In this document: positions 27,849 through 36,761 of the stretch, piece after piece
Numbering within the stretch: the first letter of the stretch is position 1
Layout: each line of letters starts with the position of its first letter
DNA from: an uncultured Hyphomicrobiaceae bacterium
Lineage (GTDB): Bacteria > Pseudomonadota > Alphaproteobacteria > Rhizobiales > CAMYJA01
DNA length: 64,000 nt
Assembly: GCA_947258705.1 (NCBI GenBank)
Contig: CAMYJA010000008.1
Location: 2,441 to 66,440 of the forward strand
Reading direction: 5' to 3'
Notes under the pieces: model-generated
The model's database searches: none
What the model was told of the DNA's origin: nothing
What the model saw: only the letters and a program-made list of their open reading frames with translations
Made by a program: the position numbers and the translations under genes

Positions 27849-28506
27849 TTTCTTATCCTCTTACGATACCTGCGCCGGGCCTCTCCGCAGTGTCTGTTAT
27901 ATTTGGTTGTTGAGTCCTCTTCTCGGAACAATTTCGCCTGGCTTGATTCATTCTATAGCTGGTTTACTCTGCCGCTTCTTCAACGTTCTCGACCGGTTAA
28001 ACCTTCGCCGCATAATATTTGATCTTCGGGATGTTGCCGAAGAGATCCGGTTGGGGTTGGTCAGCGCATTGGCAGGCCCCTTGGCAAAGCAGAACGGAAT
28101 GAACTCATCTCCGGATTTAGGGATGCATGGTCCGAGTCCCGTTCTATCAAGGCCAGCATATTCGTAGGGCGCAACAGATCCCATCTGGTATTCCATATGC
28201 CATATATCAGTTATAATCCACCTGTCCAGTTTAGTTTGTGTTTGCCATTCCCCACCCTTGAAGAATGGCTCTTTGAAATAAATTTTTATAACTTTAAAAC
28301 AATAGGTTATAAAATATTGCAAACTATGGAGTTCCCCCAAGGCTTTCAAAATGATAACATTAAGCATCGGCGAAATGCGACCTTACAATGGGGCTGTACT
28401 TGCAACGCGTTAATATCTGTGGGATACTGCCGACCATATACCAGATGGAAGAGCAATTATAAAATCGGCCTTCACCGCTGCGCGTGAATTTTCACGGGCT
28501 GCGCAA

Positions 28507-28587
28507 TAAATGGGTGCAGTCAAGCACCCTGAGTAAATGGGTGCAGTCAAGCACCCTGAATAAATAGGTGCAGTCAAGCGCACTGGA
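28507..28587. repeat. Three head-to-tail 27-bp direct repeats, each carrying a GGGTGC-N6-GCACCC palindrome
   Basis: Unit A (28507-28533) is taaatgggtgcagtcaagcaccctgag. Unit B (28534-28560) is identical at 26/27 positions. Unit C (28561-28587) is taaataggtgcagtcaagcgcactgga, 23/27 identical to B. The array ends 4 nt before the tctC SD (AGGGAG at 28592-28597). Confidence 0.9.
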
Positions 28588-28603
28588 TAATAGGGAGAAA
28601 ACA

Positions 28604-29602
28604 ATGACGAAGCACAAAGCTATATCTTTGGGCATGGCAATGGCCGGCGCCGCTGCCCTGTCCATGACAACTGGCCTGGGATCGGCACTCGCAGCCGATT
28701 GGAAACCGGCAAAGCCGGTTGAGTTTGTCGTGATGGCTGGCAAGGGTGGCGGTGCCGACAAGGCAGTGCGTTACATGCAGGGCGTTATTGCCGAAGAAAA
28801 GCTCGGGCCGACGATAACCCCGGTTAATAAGGCTGGCGGTTCGGGTGCCGTAGCGCTCAACTATTTAAAAGGCAAGAAGGGTGACAATCACACCATCATG
28901 TTCACCTTGAACAGCTTCTACACTACGCCACTTCGCCAGCCGAAGCTTGGGGTCAACATCGAAAACTTCACACCGATCATGCGGATGGCTGAGGACACCT
29001 TCTGTCTCTGGGTTAACACTGCACGCAAGGACGGCAACAACATCAAGAGCGTCGATGATTTTGTCAAAGCCGCAAAAGCGGCCGGCGATAAATGGATTAT
29101 GGCCGGTACGGGCAAGAATTCAGAAGACAATCTGCTCACGGATTTCCTTAATTCCGCTTATGGCCTGAAGATGAAGTATGTGCCGTATAAGGGCGGCGGT
29201 AAGGTGGCCAAGCAACTGGCCGGTAATAATGCCGACTCCACGGTCAACAACCCTTCGGAGCAAGAAGGTTTTTACAAGGCCGGAAATACGCGTCCCTTGG
29301 CATGTTTCACGGATAAGCGTATTCCGCTGTTCCCGGATGCTCCAACATTCAAGGAAATTGGCAAGGACTTTGTCTATTACATGCAACGGACCGTTGTCGG
29401 TACGCCCGGCATGAGTGCTGACGCCCAAAAATATTATAACGATCTCTTCACGAAGGTCTTCAATTCCAAGAAATGGCAGGCTTATCGTAAGAAGAAAGCA
29501 CTGCAGGGCGACCCGCTTGCCGGCGACGACCTGATGAAATATTGGAAGCGAGAACGCGACGTTCACAAGGCAATGCTTAAGAAAATGGGTGCAATCAAGT
29601 AG
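28604..29602 (+). CDS. tctC: Tripartite tricarboxylate transporter (TTT) substrate-binding protein, TctC/Bug family
   Basis: Start at the ATG at 28604, after AGGGAG. It has a signal peptide, MTKHKAISLGMAMAGAAALSMTTGLGSALA. YVPYKGGGKVAKQLAGNNADSTVNNPSE is the Bug-family core motif. Confidence 0.85.
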   Translation: MTKHKAISLGMAMAGAAALSMTTGLGSALAADWKPAKPVEFVVMAGKGGGADKAVRYMQGVIAEEKLGPTITPVNKAGGSGAVALNYLKGKKGDNHTIMFTLNSFYTTPLRQPKLGVNIENFTPIMRMAEDTFCLWVNTARKDGNNIKSVDDFVKAAKAAGDKWIMAGTGKNSEDNLLTDFLNSAYGLKMKYVPYKGGGKVAKQLAGNNADSTVNNPSEQEGFYKAGNTRPLACFTDKRIPLFPDAPTFKEIGKDFVYYMQRTVVGTPGMSADAQKYYNDLFTKVFNSKKWQAYRKKKALQGDPLAGDDLMKYWKRERDVHKAMLKKMGAIK

Positions 29603-29625
29603 CGCTGAAGATAGCACCAGAACTG

Positions 29626-29653
29626 GTCCCGGGGCGGAACGCCGCCCCGGGAC
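29626..29653 (+). promoter_or_regulatory. Perfect 12-bp stem-loop between tctC and tctB
   Basis: GTCCCGGGGCGG-AACG-CCGCCCCGGGAC, starting 24 nt after the tctC stop. No U-tract follows, so it is more likely an mRNA-stabilising or attenuating hairpin than a full terminator. Confidence 0.6.
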
Positions 29654-29741
29654 AAAGCTGTTCGGGGGGGCGTCGAAGCAAGCCATTCACGGCTGACAGC
29701 CGGATTTAATCGAAGACAAGTGCGATTCGGGGATATCTAAC

Positions 29742-30290
29742 GTGACTGTTCGAACGGCAGAATTGGTGATGGCGATCGTTATGGGCCTGTTCTCCGCATA
29801 TCTGATGATGAAAAGCGCGGAGCTACCTTATGGATGGATCCCGGGCGAGGGTCCCGGTGGCGGTGCCTGGCCATTCTGGTTATCGGCCATCATGCTGGTC
29901 TGCTGTATTGTCATGGTCGTTAACTGGATCCGCCGAACCAACCCTCCATCACAGGATATGGAGGCGTTCTTTCCGGCGGGTGTTCTCAAGAATTCAGGCT
30001 CCGTGGCCCTGGTTCTGACCCTCGTTGTCGGTCTGTTCAACGGTGTCGAGCTCGGCGGAGTCACATTGCTGCCGGCAATCGGGGCCTATCTGGCGATTTT
30101 CATTTTCATGGTCTTCTACGTTGGTGTGCTCGGACGGCACGACTTTGTCAAAACCGCAATATTTTCGATCAGCGTACCGGTGCTCACATTCCTCTTTTTT
30201 GAGCTGGCACTGAAGATAATACTGCCGAAAGGTGTAACAGAACCGTTGTTCCTGCCAATTTTCAAGTATTTCGGTCTGGGGGGGCTGTAG
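29742..30290 (+). CDS. tctB: TTT small membrane subunit, TctB family
   Basis: 182-aa, four-TM ORF lying between tctC and tctA in the canonical order. Confidence 0.7.
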   Translation: MTVRTAELVMAIVMGLFSAYLMMKSAELPYGWIPGEGPGGGAWPFWLSAIMLVCCIVMVVNWIRRTNPPSQDMEAFFPAGVLKNSGSVALVLTLVVGLFNGVELGGVTLLPAIGAYLAIFIFMVFYVGVLGRHDFVKTAIFSISVPVLTFLFFELALKIILPKGVTEPLFLPIFKYFGLGGL

Positions 30291-30403
30291 TCACAATCGC
30301 AGCAGGACAATAAATGGCGACGCTGATAAGAGATGGACTGCCCTGCCCGGCACACAACCTCAGCGCGGGCAGGAAAACAAACAAAGGTTGTCAGGGTTAA
30401 TAC

Positions 30404-31951
30404 ATGACTGAGATTGTCTATCTTCTTCTCGATGGTTTTTATGTCGCGTTTCAGCCGCTTAACCTCGCACTCATCGTTCTGGGATGCGCCGCCGGTCTCT
30501 TCATTGGCGCGATGCCTGGGCTTGGCTCGGTGAATGGCGTCGCGATTCTGCTGCCGCTCACTTACCTCGTGCCCCCCACGGGTGCGATCATCTTTCTGGC
30601 GGCACTTTATTATGGCGCGATGTATGGGGGTGCGATTTCATCGGTCATGCTGGGTATTCCCGGTGCGTCGACCGCGGTGGCGACGACCTTTGATGGTCGA
30701 CCATTGGCAAAGATGGGAATGGCGGACAAGGCGCTGACCGCTGCTGCGGTGGCCTCGTTTGCAGGCGGAACTATTTCCGTCATATTGTTCACGATGGCGG
30801 CGCCGCCACTGGCGCATATTGCGCTCGTTTTTGGCGACCCTGAAGAATTTGCTCTCATGATGCTGGCCTTCGCAACCTTTATCGGGCTCGGCGGCGACGA
30901 TATAGCAAAAACCATTTTCTCGATATGTATCGGTCTTGTTTTGGCAGCTGTCGGTTTTGACACGGTGTCGGGCGAACCGAGGCTGGTCTTTTTTGACATC
31001 ACCAATTTCATGGATGGCGTCAAGTTCCTCGTCCTTGCCATCGGCATCTATGGCATTGGCGAAATGCTATGGACCATTGAGGAAAATACGCGCGCCGGTG
31101 GCGCGTCTCAGCTGTCGAAGGCGACCGTCAGCCTGAAGCGGACGATTGCCAATCTGCGTGAGCTGGTACGCTCTTGGAAGACCATGGTAATGGGCTCGGT
31201 GCTCGGCTATGTTGTCGGCATTCTGCCGGCCGCTGGCGCCACACCTGGTTCGCTGATGGCTTATGGCATCGGCAAGCAGATCTCGAAAGATCCGGACTCG
31301 TTCGGCAAGGGTAATGTGGAAGGAGTCATCGCCCCGGAGGCCGCTAATAATGCGGCATCGACAGGTTCCATGCTGCCGATGCTTACGCTTGGCATTCCAG
31401 GATCGCCAACAACAGCGATTCTTCTGGGCGGCATGGTCCTGTGGGGACTGGAGCCCGGACCGCGGCTCTTCTCGGACGAGCCAAGCTTTGTCTGGGGCCT
31501 GATAGCTTCCCTTTACGTGGCCAACTTCTTTGCAGTGGTCCTGAATATTGCCTTCATCCCGGCGTTCATCTGGGTCCTCAAACTGCCCTTCACGCTGCTT
31601 GCGCCAATCATCTTCGTGCTTTGCCTTGTCGGCGGATATGCACCTACTCAATCCATGTATGATGTTTGGCTAATGCTTCTGTTTGGAATTGTGGGTTATT
31701 TGATGCGCAAGCTGGACTATCCGCTTGCCCCCGCTGTTCTTGCCATTGTTCTCGGTCCGCTGGCTGAGCGCGCGTTGCGTCAGTCCTTGTTGATCAGCGG
31801 TGGCGAATTGTCCATTTTTGTCGATCCGGTAAACCGGCCCTATGCCGCTTTCATTATGTATGCCGCACTGGTTTTGTTGTTCCTGCCGCTATTTATGATG
31901 ATCAGAAGGCGATTGACGAGCGGGAAGGCAGCCAGTACGGAGCCGAGTTAA
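30404..31951 (+). CDS. tctA: TTT large permease subunit, TctA family
   Basis: 515-aa polytopic ORF. GAMPGLGSVNGVAILLPLTY and GYVVGILPAAGATPGSLMAYG are typical TctA motifs. Confidence 0.85.
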   Translation: MTEIVYLLLDGFYVAFQPLNLALIVLGCAAGLFIGAMPGLGSVNGVAILLPLTYLVPPTGAIIFLAALYYGAMYGGAISSVMLGIPGASTAVATTFDGRPLAKMGMADKALTAAAVASFAGGTISVILFTMAAPPLAHIALVFGDPEEFALMMLAFATFIGLGGDDIAKTIFSICIGLVLAAVGFDTVSGEPRLVFFDITNFMDGVKFLVLAIGIYGIGEMLWTIEENTRAGGASQLSKATVSLKRTIANLRELVRSWKTMVMGSVLGYVVGILPAAGATPGSLMAYGIGKQISKDPDSFGKGNVEGVIAPEAANNAASTGSMLPMLTLGIPGSPTTAILLGGMVLWGLEPGPRLFSDEPSFVWGLIASLYVANFFAVVLNIAFIPAFIWVLKLPFTLLAPIIFVLCLVGGYAPTQSMYDVWLMLLFGIVGYLMRKLDYPLAPAVLAIVLGPLAERALRQSLLISGGELSIFVDPVNRPYAAFIMYAALVLLFLPLFMMIRRRLTSGKAASTEPS

Positions 31952-32125
31952 GCAGATTGACGCGATGATGCCCGCCTTGGGTTGAATGGACAGCTTGAGC
32001 AGTTTAATGTTGTATTCCTTCATGGCCCTGGTGTATGGTATACCACAGTACTAAGAGCTGAAGTCTGGGGAAATGCAGTAAACTGCACCGTTGGTGCGGG
32101 ACGGAACAAGTGAGCTTAGGAAGCC

Positions 32126-32812
32126 ATGACCAAGTTAAAAGTTGCAGTCAAACCTATAGGCCCGGATCTCAGCCTCAAAGAGAGAAGCTATCAGGCGTTG
32201 CGTGAAGCAATCACCAACATGAATATTTACGACGATAACGCTGAGCTCAAGCTCGATGAGCGTACCCTGTCGCAACAGTTCGGGATAAGCCGCACGCCAC
32301 TTCGCGAAGGTCTTGCCCGGCTGGAGCAGGAAGGGCTGATCAAGATCGTTCCGCGCCGAGGCGTCTATGTCGTGCGCAAGACCAAAGCAGAAATTCTCGA
32401 CATGATCTGCGTCTGGGCGGCGCTGGAAAGCATGGCGGCCCGGCGGGCAACCAAACTGGCGAGTGAAGAGGGTCTGAGCGCATTGCACGACCTCGTCGAC
32501 CTGTTCGATTATGACGATGTAACCGGGCACATGGGCGAATATTCTGAGGCCAATATAAAATTCCATCAGGCAATCATCGCCCTTGGCGCTTGCGATCTGA
32601 TCAAGGAGATCACCGACGGGCTATTCATGCATGTGCGCGCCATTCGTCAGCGGACCATTTTTGAAAACGACCGCGCACGCCGGTCCATCGTCGACCATAA
32701 GGAGATCGTTATTGCGTTGGAGGCGCGCGATACGGAACGCGCCGAACGTCTCGTGCGCGAACATACGCTCAAGCTGCAAGCCCATGTCGAACGATATGTA
32801 GATATTGATTAG
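32126..32812 (+). CDS. GntR-family transcriptional regulator with FCD effector domain (FadR subfamily)
   Basis: 228-aa ORF with a winged HTH (LSQQFGISRTPLREGLARLEQEGLIKIVPRRGVYV) followed by an all-helical FCD-type domain with H/D metal ligands. Confidence 0.85.
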   Translation: MTKLKVAVKPIGPDLSLKERSYQALREAITNMNIYDDNAELKLDERTLSQQFGISRTPLREGLARLEQEGLIKIVPRRGVYVVRKTKAEILDMICVWAALESMAARRATKLASEEGLSALHDLVDLFDYDDVTGHMGEYSEANIKFHQAIIALGACDLIKEITDGLFMHVRAIRQRTIFENDRARRSIVDHKEIVIALEARDTERAERLVREHTLKLQAHVERYVDID

Positions 32813-32998
32813 AAAACGGAAACAGTTAGGAATTTGCGTCGATTATGGACCATTGCGGTTATGACCACAATTAGAAGCCCGGGGATCGAAAATGGACAAC
32901 CGCCTATTTTATAACCCAAACGTCTTTGCGAGGGTTTCTAACGCAAATCTGCTTATGCTTGGATAAACGCAATTATGAAGTGACGGGGGAATTCAAAA

Positions 32999-34510
32999 GT
33001 GATTCAGGATTTGATTGCCGGACATCCCGATGACGGTCCGGCGATTGGTGCGCCAGACAGGCCATCGCTAACATTTGGCCGCTTGCGCTCGTTGATTGAT
33101 AAAACCGGTGCGGCGCTAACCGGTCTCGGAGTTAGCCGAAGCGACCGCGTGGCTATCGTTCTGCCCAACGGACCGGAGATGGCAACCGTATTCCTGGGTG
33201 TTGCCAACGCTGCGGTGGCCGCTCCTCTCAATCCGTCTTACAAACAGGATGAGTTTGAATTCTATATTTCAGATCTGAATGCAAAGCTCCTCATTGTCGA
33301 AAAAGGCAGCACATCACCTGCGGTCGAGGCGGCGGGCAAGCTAGGCGTTACTGTTGCAACAATTGAATGGCCTGACGACGCGCCTGCTGGTGATTTCGCC
33401 ATATCCGGCGCCGCTGGCACCGATGCCCCGACACCTGGGACGAAAGATGATGCCTGCCTCGTGCTTCACACGTCGGGGACCACATCGCGGCCCAAGATCG
33501 TACCGTTAAGTCATGGCAATCTGGAAGCGTCCGCGCACAATATCGGGGCGTCTTTGAAACTCACGGACAAAGACCGTTGCCTCAATGTCATGCCTCTGTT
33601 TCACATTCACGGGTTGATCGCCGCCGTCCTGTCGGGGATAGCGGCAGGTGGCGAAGTCGTATGCACACCGGGCTTCAATGCACTGCGTTTTCGCCGCTGG
33701 CTCGACGATATCAAGCCAACCTGGTACACGGCAGTGCCAACCATGCATCAAGCGATCCTATCACGGATAAAATCCTCTGATGGCATCGAGAGCAGCTTGC
33801 GGCTTATCCGTTCAAGTTCGGCTTCGCTACCACCCCAGACGATGAAAACGCTCGAAGACACCTTTGGCTGCCCAGTGGTCGAAGCCTATGGCATGACCGA
33901 AGCCGCACACCAGATGGCCTGCAATCCGTTGCCGCCCGCGCCGCGCAAGGCGGGAACCGTCGGCATTGCGGCCGGGCCGGAAGTCGCCATCGCCGATGCC
34001 AGCGGTCAGATACTGAATCAAGGCGCACTCGGAGAGATCGTTATCTCAGGCGCCAACGTGACGGCTGGCTATGAGAACAATCCAACCGCCAATGCAGAAA
34101 ACTTCTTTGACCGGACCGATGGCAAAGGCCGCTGGTTCCGCACTGGCGATCAAGGCACTCTGGATGAAGAAGGCTATTTGTCCATCACCGGTCGCATCAA
34201 GGAAATCATCAACCGCGGGGGCGAGAAGATTTCCCCACGCGAGGTCGATGAAGTATTGTTGGACCACGAGGCGGTAGGGCAGGTTGTGACATTTGCCCTG
34301 CCCCATGACACGCTTGGAGAGGACGTTGCGGCTATCATTGTCCTAAATGAAGGCGCGGAGGCAAATGAACGTGAAATTCGCGATTTTGCAGCCACCCGGC
34401 TCGCAGCGTTCAAGGTACCGCGCAACATATTTTTCATGGATGAAATTCCAAAAGGTGCCACCGGCAAGCTGCAACGCATAGGTCTGGCTGAGAAACTGGG
34501 GCTAGTTTAA
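32999..34510 (+). CDS. AMP-forming acyl-CoA synthetase of the AAE3/Pcs60 type; candidate oxalate-CoA ligase (oxalyl-CoA synthetase)
   Basis: 503-aa ORF with a GTG start. It carries the AMP-binding motif LHTSGTTSRPK. Long stretches agree with my recollection of plant AAE3: DEFEFYISDLNAKLL, PLFHIHGL, TWYTAVPTMHQAIL, LRLIRSSSASL, EAYGMTEAAHQMACNPLP, GRIKEIINRGGEKISPREVDEVLL and LAAFKVPRNIFFMDEIPKGATGKLQR. Confidence 0.7.
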   Translation: MIQDLIAGHPDDGPAIGAPDRPSLTFGRLRSLIDKTGAALTGLGVSRSDRVAIVLPNGPEMATVFLGVANAAVAAPLNPSYKQDEFEFYISDLNAKLLIVEKGSTSPAVEAAGKLGVTVATIEWPDDAPAGDFAISGAAGTDAPTPGTKDDACLVLHTSGTTSRPKIVPLSHGNLEASAHNIGASLKLTDKDRCLNVMPLFHIHGLIAAVLSGIAAGGEVVCTPGFNALRFRRWLDDIKPTWYTAVPTMHQAILSRIKSSDGIESSLRLIRSSSASLPPQTMKTLEDTFGCPVVEAYGMTEAAHQMACNPLPPAPRKAGTVGIAAGPEVAIADASGQILNQGALGEIVISGANVTAGYENNPTANAENFFDRTDGKGRWFRTGDQGTLDEEGYLSITGRIKEIINRGGEKISPREVDEVLLDHEAVGQVVTFALPHDTLGEDVAAIIVLNEGAEANEREIRDFAATRLAAFKVPRNIFFMDEIPKGATGKLQRIGLAEKLGLV

Positions 34511-35484
34511 TGCGTGTTTGTATTTATGGTGCTGGAGCTATTGGCGGCTACGTCGCAGTACAACTTCATCTGGCGGGCGTCGAAACCAGCCTCGTTGCCC
34601 GTGGCCCACATCTCGAGGCCATCAGGAAAGACGGCCTGCGACTGCGTATTGGCGGCGAAGAACGGGTCGCAAATCTGCCTGCAAGTGCCGACCCGCAGGA
34701 ACTTGGTCTTCAGGATGTCGTGATCATCACGCTCAAGGCGCATTCGGTGCCAAACGTCGTCGATGGCGTCGCCTCGCTACTCGATAAAGACGGCTCGGTT
34801 GTCAGCGCCGTTAATGGTGTGCCGTGGTGGTATTTTTACAAAAACCCTGGAAAGTGGGAAGACCGACGTTTGGAGACAGTCGATCCGGGTGGGCGTCAAT
34901 GGGACGTGTTGAAACCTGAACGCGTCATTGGCTGCGTTGTCTACCCGGCCTGTGAAATCGTTGAACCCGGCGTCATCGCCCATGTCGAAGGCGACCGGTT
35001 TTCCCTTGGTGAACCGGATGGCGAAAAGACACCGCGCATCCAGGCCATTTCGGACGCTTTCCGCAGCGCAGGATTTAAGGCGCCGGTCCGCCCCCGTATT
35101 CGCGATGAAATCTGGGTCAAGCTGTGGGGCAATCTCACATTCAACCCGTTGAGCGCACTCACCGGAGCCACACTGGAACAGCTATGCAGTGATGACGATA
35201 TGCTCGAAATCGTCCGCGCCATGATGACAGAGGCGCAAACCATCGGCGAGACCCTTGACGTGCGTTTTCCTGTATCCCTTGAAAAGCGCATCGCCGGTGC
35301 AAAAGCGGTCGGAGCACACAAACCTTCCATGCTGCAGGATCTGGAACTGGGTCGTCCCATGGAAATTGACGCGCTGGTAAGCGCAGTTCAGGAATTGGGT
35401 CGGCTGACCGAAGTTCCCACACCGGTGATCGACATGGTGCTCACACTCGTTCGTCAGCGCGCCCGGCTAGCCGGTTGTTATTGA
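34510..35484 (+). CDS. ApbA/PanE-family 2-dehydropantoate 2-reductase-like oxidoreductase; candidate oxalyl-CoA reductase (PanE2 type)
   Basis: 324-aa ORF with an N-terminal Rossmann motif, MRVCIYGAGAIGGYVAVQL, and a C-terminal KPSMLQDLELGRPMEIDAL motif typical of ketopantoate-reductase-fold enzymes. Its ATG overlaps the ligase stop (TAATG at 34508-34512). Confidence 0.6.
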   Translation: MRVCIYGAGAIGGYVAVQLHLAGVETSLVARGPHLEAIRKDGLRLRIGGEERVANLPASADPQELGLQDVVIITLKAHSVPNVVDGVASLLDKDGSVVSAVNGVPWWYFYKNPGKWEDRRLETVDPGGRQWDVLKPERVIGCVVYPACEIVEPGVIAHVEGDRFSLGEPDGEKTPRIQAISDAFRSAGFKAPVRPRIRDEIWVKLWGNLTFNPLSALTGATLEQLCSDDDMLEIVRAMMTEAQTIGETLDVRFPVSLEKRIAGAKAVGAHKPSMLQDLELGRPMEIDALVSAVQELGRLTEVPTPVIDMVLTLVRQRARLAGCY

Positions 35485-35710
35485 GGGCAGGTATTGTTAT
35501 TTCACCGGCAAAAACCCTGCCACCGCCAACAGCAATCCCCGTCGCCAGCGCAGCAGCCTCCACTGCTTTCCCCATAGCTTCACCGCAAACATCAATCCCA
35601 AAGCCCGCGGGTTCCATCCACTAAGGATTGTCGGATGCCTGCCGCGCTCAAATTCGTGTGCTATCTAGTGACGGTTCATTACGTAGTTAAGACTCATTAA
35701 ACGGTGGAGG

Positions 35711-36535
35711 TTAATGTTTTCTGCCACCAATGGCTTCGGTGATTCTGGCTGCCGTACGTTTTACCAAGGGGCCAAATTCGCCGAGAACCTCATTTGTCAT
35801 GCGTACGCTTGGTCCTGAGATGGAAATACCGGCGATGGCTTCATTGTGCTCATTATAGATGGGAGCAGCCAGGCATCGCATGCCGATATTGCGCTCCTCA
35901 TTGTCGATCGCCCAGCCGCGCGCGCGCGTTTGTTCGAGATCCGCAAAAAGCACTTCCGTGGACGTGATCGTATTCGGGGTGAATGAGGGCAGCCCTCTTT
36001 TCTGCATGATTTGCTGAACGGCATCGCGCGCGAGTTCGGATAAAAGCGCCTTGCCAATTCCCGACGAATGCATGTTCCCGCGTGTTCCAGGCGGGAAGAA
36101 GGCGCGTATTGCTTCATGTGTTTCCACCTGAGATATGAAGACAACTTCGCCATCAATTGCGATGGCCAGATTAGCCGTCTCACCTGTCGCCTCCATCAAT
36201 TCGCGCATCAGCGGGCGACTGGCCTGAACGACATTTGTCTGGCGAATGAACGAGCTACCGATGCGGAAGGCTTCTACTCCGATCATCCAGTTCTGGGTAC
36301 CCTCTTCGAATGCTACCATTCCGTGCCTTTGCATCGTCATCAGCAACCGATGTGCGGTTGACGGCGCCATACCGGTCCTGTGCGCCAATTCGGTCAAAGT
36401 GCCCTCATCGAGTTCGGTCAGACTATTGAGCAGCCCGAGCGCCCGATCCAGAGCCTGAACAGTCCCTCCCGCCTTTTCGGGACTGCCGGAACGGGGCCGG
36501 CCACGCGTCTTCTTATATTTGGCCTCTGTCGGCAT
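35711..36535 (-). CDS. bhcR: IclR-family transcriptional regulator (BhcR-like)
   Basis: 274-aa ORF with an HTH (LTELAHRTGMAPSTAHRLLMTMQRHGMV) plus an IclR effector domain. It is divergent from a four-gene operon with the bhcABCD fold order. Confidence 0.65.
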   Translation of the reverse strand: MPTEAKYKKTRGRPRSGSPEKAGGTVQALDRALGLLNSLTELDEGTLTELAHRTGMAPSTAHRLLMTMQRHGMVAFEEGTQNWMIGVEAFRIGSSFIRQTNVVQASRPLMRELMEATGETANLAIAIDGEVVFISQVETHEAIRAFFPPGTRGNMHSSGIGKALLSELARDAVQQIMQKRGLPSFTPNTITSTEVLFADLEQTRARGWAIDNEERNIGMRCLAAPIYNEHNEAIAGISISGPSVRMTNEVLGEFGPLVKRTAARITEAIGGRKH

Positions 36536-36761
36536 TTTCCCCTCTCTATTTTGTACGCGTCTCTCACACGCCTAACCATGAACGATTTCAGGATATTATT
36601 CCATCATAAGTCAATTTTCATATGTGAAATATATATTATTCATATTTATCAACGGGTTGTCTTATTTTTCCATATAATGATAAATATTTTCAGAAAAATT
36701 GCGGCCCTGTCCGGTGCATAATATATAATTCCCTTAAACAATCTTTCCTGGAGCGTACGCC

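Noticed and set aside
27911-27927. ttgagtcctcttctcgg resembles a tRNA T-arm/3' end and might be the distal att repeat of a tRNA-Arg island
   Set aside because: The match is imperfect, short and inverted relative to the tRNA-Arg gene, whereas att repeats should be direct. No integrase is present. The island idea is kept only as a low-confidence finding.
27948-28367. 139-aa minus-strand ORF in the AT-rich gap
   Set aside because: It has no SD or recognisable family, and its N-terminal half is AT-rich junk (MLNVIILKALGELHSLQYFITYCFKVIKIYF). I do not call it as a gene and mention it only as a possible relic.
28507-28587. Could the 27-bp repeats be a CRISPR array?
   Set aside because: The units are directly adjacent with no spacers. 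There are only three copies and no cas genes or leader-like context in the window. I classify it as a tandem repeat or operator array instead.
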